Under the pieces are notes generated by a model, which searched no databases, was not told the origin of the DNA, and worked only from the letters and a program-made list of their open reading frames with translations. A stretch of 64,000 nucleotides of DNA, from NCBI GenBank assembly GCA_963699155.1, contig OY969414.1, positions 555,757 through 619,756 of the forward strand, written 5' to 3'. This DNA is from an uncultured Chlamydiales bacterium. Lineage in GTDB: Bacteria; Chlamydiota; Chlamydiia; Chlamydiales; JAAKFR01. Position numbers and translations under genes: made by a program. Positions 19,089-30,200 of this stretch are shown here, in pieces (position 1 is the stretch's first letter; every line of letters starts with the position of its first letter).

Positions 19089-20324
19089 TCAATTGGAGGC
19101 AATGTAGCTTTTGGCATCGATCAGTTTTGCAGGAAAGCCAAGCTCGTTTTTGGCCTGTCGCAGAGCTCGCTCTGCATCTTCCTCACCTTCCCACGTGACC
19201 TGAATGATTTCGTGGTTGCCAAAAAGATCTTGGGTGATGAAGTCGATCTCATAGCCATCAGCAGTTTGATAGTAAAAGACCCTCTTTTCTTGACGGCGCA
19301 AGTCGAGATAAACCTGATTTTCCAACAATTTTCCAAAATTGGATGAGAGGTTGAAGGTATTGGCCACTAAGAGACCGTTATCGATGGCATAGATCTTTTT
19401 GGGTGCTGTCTGTAATCGTCTCAAAGATTCCGTAAAGAGGGGAACCGCAAAAATTAGAAAAGCATCCTCCAGATAGTCAAGGTAGGAATAAAGCGTGTCC
19501 TTTCCCACCTTATAACCCTGACTCTTGATGTCATTGAAGAATTTATTGATGGAAAAAGGCGCTCCCACACTCTTGAGTAGGAATTGGATGAAGTACTTCA
19601 GTAGGGCCACATTGCCGATTTGATGCCTTTCAATGATATCTCTGAAAATCACTGTTTCTACATAATTTTGGAGGGTCTCGGTCAGTTCATGCGGAGACAT
19701 CGTTTGCACGCCGGGGAAACCGCCAAAGCGAATAAATTCCAGTAAATAGGCCCTATAGTGATCATACGTTTTTTTCCCGAAAGGCTTACGAGGAAGCTCA
19801 TGGCCGTGAGCGAGTAGGAATTCGGAATAGTCGTAGGGTAAAATTTCGATCGCAAGAGATCGCCCCCTGAGCGAGGTGGCAATCTCCTTACTCAGAAGTT
19901 TGGCAGAGGAGCCCGTCACATAGATTTGGATGTTTTTGGAATCAATTAGCCTCCTTAATACTAAAGGCCAACCCTCCACATTCTGTATCTCGTCCAAAAA
20001 CAGGTAGCAGCATTGATTGTGGAGTTGAGGATGAAGCGTGTACCAGCCATCGATCATCTCTCCTAGCATTTTTTGATTGATAGGTAACAGCCTGTCATCT
20101 TCAAAGTTGATATAGAAAATGGTCTCTTGGCTTTGGCCTGAAGCGATCAGCTCCCTGATGGTTTGAAACAAGAAATAGGTTTTTCCCGACCTTCTCATCC
20201 CAATGGCAACCTTGATGACATTCTTTGCCTCTGGAAAATGGTAACGCCTCGGTACACTTTGAGCTGTCAGCTTGAGAGCTGCCCAAAACTCTTCCTGGAG
20301 CGTAAGTAAGATCTCCTTATTCAT
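19089..20324 (-). CDS. AAA ATPase (AAA_14 + DUF4143-type)
   Basis: GMRRSGKT, INFEDDRL, FLDEIQ, TGSSAKLL, GGFP, KKIYAIDNG, EIDF. Confidence 0.85.
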   Translation of the reverse strand: MNKEILLTLQEEFWAALKLTAQSVPRRYHFPEAKNVIKVAIGMRRSGKTYFLFQTIRELIASGQSQETIFYINFEDDRLLPINQKMLGEMIDGWYTLHPQLHNQCCYLFLDEIQNVEGWPLVLRRLIDSKNIQIYVTGSSAKLLSKEIATSLRGRSLAIEILPYDYSEFLLAHGHELPRKPFGKKTYDHYRAYLLEFIRFGGFPGVQTMSPHELTETLQNYVETVIFRDIIERHQIGNVALLKYFIQFLLKSVGAPFSINKFFNDIKSQGYKVGKDTLYSYLDYLEDAFLIFAVPLFTESLRRLQTAPKKIYAIDNGLLVANTFNLSSNFGKLLENQVYLDLRRQEKRVFYYQTADGYEIDFITQDLFGNHEIIQVTWEGEEDAERALRQAKNELGFPAKLIDAKSYIASN

Positions 20325-20327
20325 AGT

Positions 20328-20379
20328 TATCCTTCCTAATAAGGAAAGAATAGCCTGTCTCTATCCTTCCTTGCAAGGA
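20328..20379 (-). promoter_or_regulatory. Promoter of the AAA ATPase with two operator-like repeats
   Basis: Minus strand TTGCAA-N18-TATTCT; repeats TATCCTTCCTAATAAGGA (20328-20345) and TATCCTTCCTTGCAAGGA (20362-20379). Confidence 0.55.
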
Positions 20380-20428
20380 CAGCTTTTCTTAATCAGACCT
20401 TTATATTATTAATATATAGTGCTCTCTT

Positions 20429-21793
20429 ATGGCCGTTCAAAGACCCTCTTCGAGTCCTTCACTTAATAGCCTGGCTGAGGCTGCGGAGCCTTCGGCAAGT
20501 CTCTCTGTTCAGCCGCCCTCGTTTCAGGCTCTTCCCACGGAGCTTCAAATCCACGTGTTTACCTGTTTGCCTATCGGTGAATACTTTTGGTGCATGCTTG
20601 TGTCGACTCAATGGCAAAGGCTGGTCATTGCTCTTCCTGGGAAGCGGCATGACAAATTTAAACTCCTTGTGGGGATTCTAAAAGAAGCGAAAGCCCTTCT
20701 GCAGCAAGTCGATGATGCCAGGGCTTGGTTCATGCCATTTTTAAGATTGGAAGCTTCTCTAGATAGGGAACAAGCTAAGCAGACCTTGGACCTAAATATA
20801 CGAATCTTCAGAACAGGGATCAATCTGGGACAAAAACTGACATTTTTCCGCCAGTTTATTCCTGCCGTTTTTACGATCGATCCGGGTAGGAAGAGTTTGG
20901 TTGTTAATTCAACGATTTTTGGGGAGCTCATTTGGGCAATTGCAGAAGGCGATCCTGCAAAAAGAGATGCCGTTTTGCAAAGAGAAGTTAATAGCGCAAA
21001 TGGTTCTGTAGATCCAGATCAGCTTTTAGGCTTGGCTGAAGTTGCCAAGAAGCAGATGGGCCCTACAGATCTTAAGAAGATCTTGGATCGAGCGAAAGAT
21101 GCAGTTCTGGCTCTTCCTATCGAAAAAAGAAAAGAGCCTCTTTTACGAGCGATAGAGCTCACTCTCGAGCTCGATTCCGATCAGGTAGCTTTTACGGAGA
21201 CAACAGCCTTCTTGGCCAGAGAAACTAGTTTCCTGCAGTACCAAGGCTTGTTTCTACTAAAAATGAAAATGCTACAACAAAATCGTCATGACGAGAGCCG
21301 AGTTCAAGAAATTGTCCAGAATGAAATCTGCCCCCTTGTCGATAAACCATCGTTTGAGATGACAGTAGAATGGATGGATGCTGTGGCGAGATTAGATTGG
21401 AAATTGGCGCTAGATCACTTAGCCCATTTTCAGGATCTAAAAAGCCTAAGTCTTGCTTTAGAAGCCATTTTTCTGAGAGCGGTCAATAAAGACCTTCTTG
21501 CGCTCCAAACCGAAGTTGAAGAGAGTGACGATCGGCTATTTCAGTTCTTTGGTTGGCTCGCCATTGCAAAAAGAGAGTGGGAACTAGGCTTATCGGGTGC
21601 AGGTGAAACGCTCAAGAAAGCGATATCAATCATTCCAGAGGGACAAGAAACAATGTTGCACAGAGTCTCTCTCCTAGAGGCTCATATGAACAACATCGAA
21701 AGTGCCCTCACAACGGCGCGTAAGATTCAAAATCGAGAACTGCGACTGGATGCCCTCCTTTACATCGCACAATTAATTGCTAATAGGTGTTAA
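20429..21793 (+). CDS. F-box-like domain protein, paralog 2
   Basis: Ser/Pro-rich N-terminus, then FQALPTELQIHVFTCLPIGEYFWCMLVSTQWQRLV. Confidence 0.8.
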   Translation: MAVQRPSSSPSLNSLAEAAEPSASLSVQPPSFQALPTELQIHVFTCLPIGEYFWCMLVSTQWQRLVIALPGKRHDKFKLLVGILKEAKALLQQVDDARAWFMPFLRLEASLDREQAKQTLDLNIRIFRTGINLGQKLTFFRQFIPAVFTIDPGRKSLVVNSTIFGELIWAIAEGDPAKRDAVLQREVNSANGSVDPDQLLGLAEVAKKQMGPTDLKKILDRAKDAVLALPIEKRKEPLLRAIELTLELDSDQVAFTETTAFLARETSFLQYQGLFLLKMKMLQQNRHDESRVQEIVQNEICPLVDKPSFEMTVEWMDAVARLDWKLALDHLAHFQDLKSLSLALEAIFLRAVNKDLLALQTEVEESDDRLFQFFGWLAIAKREWELGLSGAGETLKKAISIIPEGQETMLHRVSLLEAHMNNIESALTTARKIQNRELRLDALLYIAQLIANRC

Positions 21794-21796
21794 TTT

Positions 21797-22918
21797 ATGG
21801 CCATTGAAAAACTCTCTGCAACTCCTTCACTCGCTATCCCTGCAGCAGCAGGAGCTGCTCAGGCAAGTCTGACTGTTCAGCCAAGCCCGTTTCAGGCTCT
21901 TGCGCCTGAGCTTCAAGCCCACGTGTTTACCTGTTTACCTATCGGTGAATTCTTTAGGTGCATGCTCGTGTCGACTCAATGGCAAAGGCTGGTCATTGCT
22001 CTTCCTGGGAAGGGGCATGACAAATTTAAACTACTTGTGCAGATTCTAAAAGAAGCGAATGCGCTTCTGCCACAAGTTAAGGCTGAGATGACTCAAGGCA
22101 TACAGCTGACATTCACCCGCGTGTTTTTATCGCTTGCTTTTAGGCTTGATAGGGAATGGGTTGGTGCAGCTCAGTTAGTGGGGATCGACGAGCTCATTTG
22201 GGTATTCGCAGGAGGTGACTCTGCAAAAAGAGATGCTGTTTTGCGAAGAGAAGTGGAGAGCGCAACTTCTTCCGAAGATCTACATCAACTTTTAGGCTTG
22301 CTAGAGGTTGCTAGAGAAGAGATGGACCCCACAGATGTTAAGGAACTTTTGCGTCGAGCAAAAGAAGTAACCCTGGATCTGGTATATGATGTTACCGAAG
22401 AAGATTTCTTAAGAACTGTAGCGCTAAGCCTCGAGCTCGATTCCAATCAGGTGGATTTTACAGAGACAAATGAGTTCTTGGCCAAGGAAAAAAGCCATTC
22501 TCTAAAACAGTTAGGATGTGTTCCATTAAAAATGAGGTTGATACAAGTAGAGCTTGGTCAAAAACTGCAAGAATTTACTAATAAGGAGAGGAGTATCAAT
22601 TGGCCATTTGAGCACTATTTGATCGCAAGAAAGGGAGGCAACCTAAAAGAGCGTGCTCTTGCCCTAGTAGGCCTTTTCTTGAGAGCTGTCGATGCAGACC
22701 TCCCCACGGCCAAAGCCAAAGTGGAAGAAAGTGCCGATCAGATGTTTCAGTGCTTTGGCTGGCTCGCCATCGCAAAAAGAGAATGGGAGTTAGGCTTGCC
22801 AAGCGCAAGTGAAACTCTTAATAAGGCAATGCTATTACTGAGTCAAGATCTTCAAGTGCGCGAACTGCAATTAGAAGCCCTCCTCGACATCGCACAATTA
22901 ATTGCTAATAGGTGTTAA
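21797..22918 (+). CDS. F-box-like domain protein, paralog 3 (internally shortened)
   Basis: FQALAPELQAHVFTCLPIGEFFRCMLVSTQWQRLV. Confidence 0.8.
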   Translation: MAIEKLSATPSLAIPAAAGAAQASLTVQPSPFQALAPELQAHVFTCLPIGEFFRCMLVSTQWQRLVIALPGKGHDKFKLLVQILKEANALLPQVKAEMTQGIQLTFTRVFLSLAFRLDREWVGAAQLVGIDELIWVFAGGDSAKRDAVLRREVESATSSEDLHQLLGLLEVAREEMDPTDVKELLRRAKEVTLDLVYDVTEEDFLRTVALSLELDSNQVDFTETNEFLAKEKSHSLKQLGCVPLKMRLIQVELGQKLQEFTNKERSINWPFEHYLIARKGGNLKERALALVGLFLRAVDADLPTAKAKVEESADQMFQCFGWLAIAKREWELGLPSASETLNKAMLLLSQDLQVRELQLEALLDIAQLIANRC

Positions 22919-22922
22919 TTTT

Positions 22923-24272
22923 ATGGCCATTGAAAAACTCTCTACAACTCCTTCTCTCCCTATCTCTGCAGCAGCAGGAGCGCCTTTGGCAAGTCTGCCT
23001 GTTCAGCCAAGCCCGTTTCAGGCTCTTGCGCCTGAGCTTCAAACCCACGTGTTTACCTGTTTACCTATCGGTGAATACTTTAGATGCATGCTCGTATCGA
23101 CTCACTGGCAAAGGCTGGTCATTGCTCTTCCTGGGAAGCGGCATGACAAATTTAAAATGGTTGTGGAGATTTTAAAAGAAGCGAAAGCAGTTCTGCAGCA
23201 GGTCCCTGATGCCAGTAATTGTTTCGTGCCATTTTTAAGATTAGAAGCTTCTCTGGATAGAGAACAAGCTAAGAAAACATTGAGCCTGGATCCACCATTC
23301 ATCATGGCACGAACGAGGTCAAGTGCAACGTTTGCATTTTACCGCCAGCTTCTACCTCTCACTTTTATAATAGATCCAGCGCGGGGTCGCTCTTCGAACT
23401 TAACGGGTAGTATGGAGCTCATTTGGGTGCTCGAGGAAAACGACACTGCAAAAAGGGAAGCCGTTTTACAAAGAGAAGTGAGAGGTGCATTTTATTCTCA
23501 TGATCCAAATAAGCTTTTAGGCTTGCTAGAGGTTGCAAGGAAGCAGATAGATCCCGATGTTGTAAAGAAACTTTTGCATCATGCGAAAGAAGAAACTCTA
23601 AAGGAAGGCTATAATTTAACAAAGAAAGAGTTTCTTTTACGAGCGGTTGATCTGAGCCTCGAGATCGAGCCTCTTATAGAGACAAAAGCCTTCTTGGCCA
23701 GAGAATCAATCCCCCAACTTAAAACCCAGAGCATCTTTCAGGTGGCAAAAAGAGAGTTACAACAATTCAATACCCGCTATCAAACTAGTGGTATTATCCG
23801 TGAAGTTTTCCTTGCTTTTCAGCTTGATTTTGAGGGGGGAGTAGAATTTATTGAGATAATGATAAGCTACGATTTGCGAGCGGCGCTTCTTTACATGAAC
23901 CTTATTCAAGACCCAAAAGATCGTCTACTTGCTTTGGAAGCCATTTTTCGGAGAGCGGTCAACCAAGACCTTCCTGGATTCAAAGCCATGGTGGAAGAGA
24001 ATCCCAATCTCTTGTTTCAACTCTTAGGCTGGCTCGCCATCGCAAAAAGAGAGTGGGAATTAGGCTTACCAAGCGCACAAGAAACCCTCGAAAAGGTAGT
24101 TTTGGAGCAAGTGCCACCAGAATACCATGATCTTTTCCTTCAGAGGATCTCCAGAGTAAAGGCTATTATGAACATCGACAGCTCCCTCACCACCGTACGA
24201 TTGATTCAAAATGACGCAATGCGCTTGGATGCCCTCCTTTACCTCGCACAGCTGATTGCTAATGAGATGTAG
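22923..24272 (+). CDS. F-box-like domain protein, paralog 4
   Basis: Same N-terminal motif; start ATG 22923 (MAIEKLS) by analogy with paralog 3. Confidence 0.8.
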   Translation: MAIEKLSTTPSLPISAAAGAPLASLPVQPSPFQALAPELQTHVFTCLPIGEYFRCMLVSTHWQRLVIALPGKRHDKFKMVVEILKEAKAVLQQVPDASNCFVPFLRLEASLDREQAKKTLSLDPPFIMARTRSSATFAFYRQLLPLTFIIDPARGRSSNLTGSMELIWVLEENDTAKREAVLQREVRGAFYSHDPNKLLGLLEVARKQIDPDVVKKLLHHAKEETLKEGYNLTKKEFLLRAVDLSLEIEPLIETKAFLARESIPQLKTQSIFQVAKRELQQFNTRYQTSGIIREVFLAFQLDFEGGVEFIEIMISYDLRAALLYMNLIQDPKDRLLALEAIFRRAVNQDLPGFKAMVEENPNLLFQLLGWLAIAKREWELGLPSAQETLEKVVLEQVPPEYHDLFLQRISRVKAIMNIDSSLTTVRLIQNDAMRLDALLYLAQLIANEM

Positions 24273-25514
24273 TTGATGGCTATTGACAAACTCTCTTCAA
24301 CTCCTTCACTCATTATCCCTACAGCAGCAGGAGCGGCTCAAACAGATCTGCCTGTTCAGCCATCCTCGTTTCAGGCTCTTCCAGTTGAGCTTCAAACCCA
24401 CGTGTTTACCTGTTTACCTATCGGTGAATACTTTAGGTGCATGCTGGTGTCGACTCAATGGCAAAACTTGGTCATTGCTCTTCCTGGGAAGCGGCATGAC
24501 AAATTTAAAATGGTTGTGGGGATTTTAAAAGAAGCGAATGCGCTTCTTCCACAAGTTAAGGCAGAGATGGCTCAAGGCAGACAGCTGACATTCACCCGCG
24601 CGTTTTTACCTCTTGCTTTTAGGCTTGATATGGAATGGGTCGGTGCAGCTCAGTTAGTGGGGATCGACGAGCTCATTTGGGTATTCGCAGGAGGTGACTC
24701 TGCAAAAAGAGATGCAGTTTTGCGAAGAGAAGTGGTGAGCGCAACTTCTTCCGAAGATCTGCATCAGCATTTAGCCTTGCTAGAAGTTGCAAGGGAGCAC
24801 ATAGACCCCGCACTTGTAACAGACCTTTTGCATCGCGCAAAAGAGGAAACTCTGCTAATTAGCGATACAGCATCCAGAAAAGAGGCTCTTTTACGAACAG
24901 TAAAGCTTAGCCTCGAGCTGGAGCCTCTTACCGAGACTAGAGCTTTCTTACGTAGGGAATCAACCCCCCAACTTAAAACCCAGAGCATCTTTCAGGTGGC
25001 AAAAAGAGAGTTACAACAATTCAATACCCGCTATCAAACTAGTGGTATTATCCGTGAAGTTTTCCTTGCTTTTCAGCTTGATTTTGAGGGGGGAGTAGAA
25101 TTTATTGAGATAATGATAAGCTACGATTTGCGAGCGGCGCTTCTTTACATGAACCTTATCTTAGACCCAAAAGATCGTCTACTTGCTATGGAAGCCATTT
25201 TTCGGAGAGTGGTCAACCAAGATCTTCCTAAATGCAGAGCCATGGTGGAAGAGAATCCCAATCTCTTGTTTCAACTCTTAGGCTGGCTCGCCATCGCAAA
25301 AAGAGAGTGGGAATTAGGCTTACCAAGCGCACAAGAAACCCTCGAAAAGGTAGTTTTGGAGCAAGTGCCACCAGAATACCATGATCTTTTCCTTCAGAGG
25401 ATCTCCAGAGTAAAGGCTATTATGAACATCGACAGCTCCCTCACCACCGTACGATTGATTCAAAATGACGCAATGCGCTTGGATGCCCTCCTTTACCTCG
25501 CGCAGCTGATTGCT
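23711..25514 (+). repeat. ~550-bp near-identical direct repeat (23711-24260 / 24965-25514)
   Basis: Constant 1254-bp offset with few substitutions, by eye. Confidence 0.9.
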
Positions 25515-25520
25515 CAGTAA
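24276..25520 (+). CDS. F-box-like domain protein, paralog 5 (chimera of paralogs 3 and 4)
   Basis: Same N-terminal motif; middle matches paralog 3, C-terminal half nearly identical to paralog 4. Confidence 0.8.
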   Translation: MAIDKLSSTPSLIIPTAAGAAQTDLPVQPSSFQALPVELQTHVFTCLPIGEYFRCMLVSTQWQNLVIALPGKRHDKFKMVVGILKEANALLPQVKAEMAQGRQLTFTRAFLPLAFRLDMEWVGAAQLVGIDELIWVFAGGDSAKRDAVLRREVVSATSSEDLHQHLALLEVAREHIDPALVTDLLHRAKEETLLISDTASRKEALLRTVKLSLELEPLTETRAFLRRESTPQLKTQSIFQVAKRELQQFNTRYQTSGIIREVFLAFQLDFEGGVEFIEIMISYDLRAALLYMNLILDPKDRLLAMEAIFRRVVNQDLPKCRAMVEENPNLLFQLLGWLAIAKREWELGLPSAQETLEKVVLEQVPPEYHDLFLQRISRVKAIMNIDSSLTTVRLIQNDAMRLDALLYLAQLIAQ

Positions 25521-25571
25521 AAATTTTAGAGATGTTGAGATTTAGCTCGAATTCCTCTATGATGGCTCTCT

Positions 25572-26780
25572 ATGGGAGATATGCTAGCTGAGATCGATCG
25601 GGCTGTGGAGGCGATAGGGCGGGGTGAGTTTGTCATCGTCGTCGATGATCCTGATCGCGAGAATGAGGGAGATCTCATTATTGCTGCGGAAAAGATGACG
25701 GTGGAGAAGATGACCTTTCTTCTGCAGCATACGAGTGGGGTGGTCTGTACGCCTATGGAGGCGGATCGCTTGGATGCGTTGCATCTGCCGCAGATGGTGA
25801 GTCAAAATACAGAAAACCAGCGTACGGCGTTTACTGTTTCTGTCGATGCAAGGGTAGGGACAACGACGGGGATTTCGGTTGCCGATCGCACTAAGACAAT
25901 CTTGGCTCTGGCCAATCCTGAAAGTGGCGCTGATCAATTTCGCCGGCCTGGCCACATCTTTCCTTTGATGGCGAGAGCGGGAGGTGTTCTGAAACGGGCA
26001 GGCCATACAGAGGCGACGGTCGATCTTCTCTATTTGGCAGGTTTAGAGCCGGTCGGTGTCCTCTGCGAGATTGTCAAGCCCGACTATTCGATGGCAAGGC
26101 TTCCTGATCTCTTTGCTTTTTCAGAGAAATTTTCGATTCCGATCATCTCGATCGCCGATCTGGTTCGTTATCGGCGCAAGAGGGAGAAGCTGGTCAAATG
26201 CATCTCGCAGGCGCGCCTGCCGACCCCATTTGGTGAATTTACGGCTTATGCATACGAGTCGACAGTCGATGGTGTGGAGCATCTCGCTTTGGTGAAGGGC
26301 GAAGTGGCCGGTGAAAAAAATGTCCTCGTTAGGGTACATTCGGAGTGTCTGACGGGTGATATCTTTGGCTCAGCCAGGTGCGATTGTGGCAATCAGCTCC
26401 AGAGTGCTCTGGAAAAGATTGCCTTGGAAGGGAGTGGGGTTGTCGTCTATCTCAGAGGGCAGGAGGGAAGGGGAATAGGTCTTGGACATAAGCTGAGAGC
26501 CTATAACCTTCAAGATGATGGCCTCGATACGGTCGAAGCGAATGAAAAATTGGGTCTGCCTATCGATTCACGAGAGTATGGGATCGGCGCCCAAATTCTG
26601 GCTGACCTCGGCCTCTCGACGATCCGGCTGCTGACCAATAACCCATCCAAATATGGGGGTCTTGATGGCTATGGGCTGACGATCGTGGAACGCGTTCCTC
26701 TGCCTCCGTTGCAGACGAAAGAGAATCTCAACTATTTGAAGACAAAACAGAAAAAATTAGGGCATGAGTTCACGTTATGA
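25572..26780 (+). CDS. ribBA: DHBP synthase / GTP cyclohydrolase II
   Basis: [46 protein letters not shown]. Confidence 0.97.
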   Translation: MGDMLAEIDRAVEAIGRGEFVIVVDDPDRENEGDLIIAAEKMTVEKMTFLLQHTSGVVCTPMEADRLDALHLPQMVSQNTENQRTAFTVSVDARVGTTTGISVADRTKTILALANPESGADQFRRPGHIFPLMARAGGVLKRAGHTEATVDLLYLAGLEPVGVLCEIVKPDYSMARLPDLFAFSEKFSIPIISIADLVRYRRKREKLVKCISQARLPTPFGEFTAYAYESTVDGVEHLALVKGEVAGEKNVLVRVHSECLTGDIFGSARCDCGNQLQSALEKIALEGSGVVVYLRGQEGRGIGLGHKLRAYNLQDDGLDTVEANEKLGLPIDSREYGIGAQILADLGLSTIRLLTNNPSKYGGLDGYGLTIVERVPLPPLQTKENLNYLKTKQKKLGHEFTL

Positions 26781-27241
26781 ACTATTTTGAAGGGCATTAT
26801 GATGCCAAAGGGCATCGCTACGGCATCGTTATCTCCCGCTTTAATCAGCCGATCACGCAGCTTCTTCTGGAAGGGGCGATCGACTGTTTGCTCCGCCATG
26901 GAGCTAAAGAAGAGGCGATCGATGTGGCATGGGTTCCAGGGGCGTTTGAGATCCCTGTCATGGCCCACCATATGGCTGAGAGTCACAAATATGATGCGAT
27001 CCTCTGTATGGGAGCTGTCATCAAAGGCGAAACAATGCATTTTGATTATGTGGCGGCTCAGACCACCTCGGGGATCATGCAAACGGGTCTCAGACATGGT
27101 ATCCCAGTTATTTTTTCTGTGTTGACGACAGAAACTAAAGAACAAGCTGAAGTGCGCGCCGGCACAAAAGGGACCAATATCGGCTTTAGCTATGCCCTGT
27201 CCGCCATTGAAATGGTCAATCTATTTAAATCGTTTTCATGA
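26777..27241 (+). CDS. ribH: Lumazine synthase
   Basis: [26 protein letters not shown]. Confidence 0.97.
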   Translation: MNYFEGHYDAKGHRYGIVISRFNQPITQLLLEGAIDCLLRHGAKEEAIDVAWVPGAFEIPVMAHHMAESHKYDAILCMGAVIKGETMHFDYVAAQTTSGIMQTGLRHGIPVIFSVLTTETKEQAEVRAGTKGTNIGFSYALSAIEMVNLFKSFS

Positions 27242-30200
27242 AGCTAAAGAAACTGACGATTACCGGCTTTAAGTCGTTTGCAGAACGGGTGACGATCGAT
27301 TTTGACTTTGAGATTATCGGGATCGTGGGCCCCAACGGCTGTGGAAAGTCCAACATCGTCGACGCCTTTCGCTGGGTCATGGGAGAACAATCGGCGAAGT
27401 CGCTGCGGGGCGATAAGATGCACGATGTCCTCTTTGCAGGAACCGATAAGCGTAAGCCCCTCAATTATGCAGAAGTATCGGTATGGCTCACCGACATCAA
27501 TGGCGAGCTTCCTCTTCCCTACGATGAGATCACGATCACCCGCCGCCTCAACCGCAGTGGCGAATCAGAATATTTGATCAATAAAGAGCCAGCCCGTCTG
27601 AAAGATATTCAGAGCCTTCTTTTAGGCTCTGGCATGGGTAAGAACGCCTTTTCTATTTTTGAACAGGGAAAACTCGATCAGATCATCCATCTATCGCCAT
27701 TAGAGCGGAGAGTTGTTTTTGATGAGGCAGCAGGGACCTCACGCTTTTTACAGCGCAAGAAAGAGAGTGTCAAAAAATTGGCTGCGGTGAGTGAAAATTA
27801 TCTCCGTGTGCGCGATATCCATGCGGAGATCGAACGGCAAGCAAGGCAGCTCAAAAAGCAGGCCAATCAAGCGCAGAGCTATCAGCAGAGCCGAAATCGG
27901 CTTGAGTTTCTCGAAAAAGAGGTGCTGCTCGTCCGGTGGAAAGAGCTGGCAAGCAAGTGTGGCGACTTAACAGGAAAATTGGCCCAGCTCAATGATTCCT
28001 TCCAGGAAAAAACAAAAGAGATTCAGGTTGAGGAGGCCTCTTCTGATGCTTCACGCCAGAGAGTGGAAGAGCAAGAGGTGTTGGCACGTGCCCATCAGCA
28101 GGAAAATAATCGATTAGAGACAAAAGCGCGTGTTTTGGAGGCCGAAATCAATCAGCAGAAACATCGTCTGCTCGAAGCCAAGAAGAGAGAAGAGAAGGTC
28201 CGGAACAATCTGAACGAATTAATTGAAGAGAGGGCCGCTCTAACGCAAGAGAAAGCGAGAAAGAGTGAAAGGTTGGTAGTCGAAAATCGGGCCAAGGATT
28301 TGAAGGAGAAGGAGCTGTTCCAGCAGCGCGGCGCTCATCAAGCGGTAGAAAAAGAGGTGCAGAAGAGCCAGGAGCTGATCAAAAAGCTGCAAGCTGACCG
28401 ATTAAAACTGCTACAAGAAGAGGGAAAAATTCAGGCCAAGATTCAGGAGAAGCAGTTCCGTTACGATGCTCGGGTGGCAAGGCTTCAAATCCTCCATGCG
28501 CTGGAAAAGACCCACGAAGGCACTGAAAAAGCGCTTGAGCAGCAGATTGTTCTCCAAAAGGGAAAGGTCGAAGCACTGACTTACCAAATTGATGGATTGA
28601 AGCGGGATCTTAAAAAGGGGGAATCTGAGCTACAGAGGCTGCGGAAAGAGCTTTCCGATGGTCAAAAAGAGGCTCAAACTTTAAGCCGACGCATCACTGA
28701 AGTGGAAAGCCAGCAGAAAGCTCTTCTGAGGCTTCAGGAAGATATGGAGGGCTTTTCTCCAGCTGCCAAAGGGTTGTTGAGAGAGGCTAAGCTTGAGAAA
28801 AGCGAACTCTATGGGAAGATCGAGCCTCTCTTTGCCCATTTAGTAGCGCACAAGGGCTTTGAGGAGCTGATGGCCTCTGCGATGAAACCTTATGCTGAGA
28901 CCTTGATCGTTGAGAGGGAGTCAGATTTAGAGCTGCTTCTTGGCTTTGCGAAGAGAAAAAAGATGTTTGGCTTCTCCGTTCTTGTCAGGGAGCGGGTCGA
29001 GACATCCAAGGGTGCGCTACAAAAAAACGCCCTTGCAGCGCATGTGGAAAAAAATGCGATCGCTCTCCACCTTACTAAGAATACAGTAGTTGCAGATGAT
29101 GGCCATTTTTACGATGCTTTGGGCGTCTTTTTCCATGGCGAATCGGGTAAACGGCTCAGTAACCCCTTTCAGAGACAGGCTGAATTAAAAAGCCTTTCTG
29201 AGGAGTTGGCTGGACTTGCTGCTGAGAGTGAAAAACAGCTCTCCCATCAAGAGAAGCTTGCTGAAGGGGTAAAAATCGCTGAAAAGCTGAGAGTCGATAG
29301 TAGCGAAGCGCATCGCAAGAAGGAGATGGATCTGATTCAAGAAAACTTTCGGCTCCAGCAAGCACTTGCCGACGCTGAGAAGTTGAGAAGGGAGATCGCC
29401 TCCGTCGCTAAAGAGAGAAGGGAATTAGAGCCACTTCAAGAAGAAGAAAATGAGATGGAAGAGCTGAAAGCGAGTGGCCAGTCGATGAAAGAGAAGATTC
29501 AGCAGATGGTCAACGCTATCCAAGAGCATGAAAGTGCTATTGATGGCGATCAGAAGAGAGTGAAGGAGCAGTGGCAGAGCGTTCAGAGCTGTGAGAGTAG
29601 CTTCTATGAAGTGCGCAATCAGTGGCAAAATTGCCGTCAAGAGGTGGAGATCTTAGCAGCAAAGATGGAACAAAACTTAGGCCTCGAAAAGAAGCTGGCA
29701 CAAGAAATTGAAGAACTGGGAAGCCACTCTGAATCGGTTTTTGAAGCTTTGAAACGGCATGAGAAAGAGATTGAGCAGGCCACTATAGGATTGAAGGGCT
29801 TCCAGAATGCGATGAAAGAGCAGGAGAAAACTCTTTTAGGGGCCAAAAAAATTGCTGAAGGGATTGAGCTTGAGTTGAGCAAAAAGAGAAAGGCTATCGG
29901 GGGATTGGAAAAGGAAACCCATGGGCTAGACATTATCTTGGCGCAACTCTCCTCAGAGAAAAGGGGGGTTGAGGCTGAGCTATTAGAGCGGCATGGCATC
30001 GGGGCGGAAAAAGCAGACCAGATGAAGGTGGAGCTCGAAACCTCATTAGAAGAGGCGATGCAGGAGATCCATCGTTTACGACTGAGCGTGGAATCAGCTG
30101 GCGCTGTCAACCTCACCGCTATTGAGGAGTTTCAGCAGGCTCAAGAGCGCTTTGATTTCCTCGATCAACAGCTCAAAGATCTGGATGAATCGAAAAAGGA

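Noticed and set aside
17695..25520. F-box proteins as substrates of the adjacent ABC exporter
   Set aside because: No NHLP/double-glycine leader or RTX repeats; N-termini look like type III signals. Adjacency alone is insufficient.
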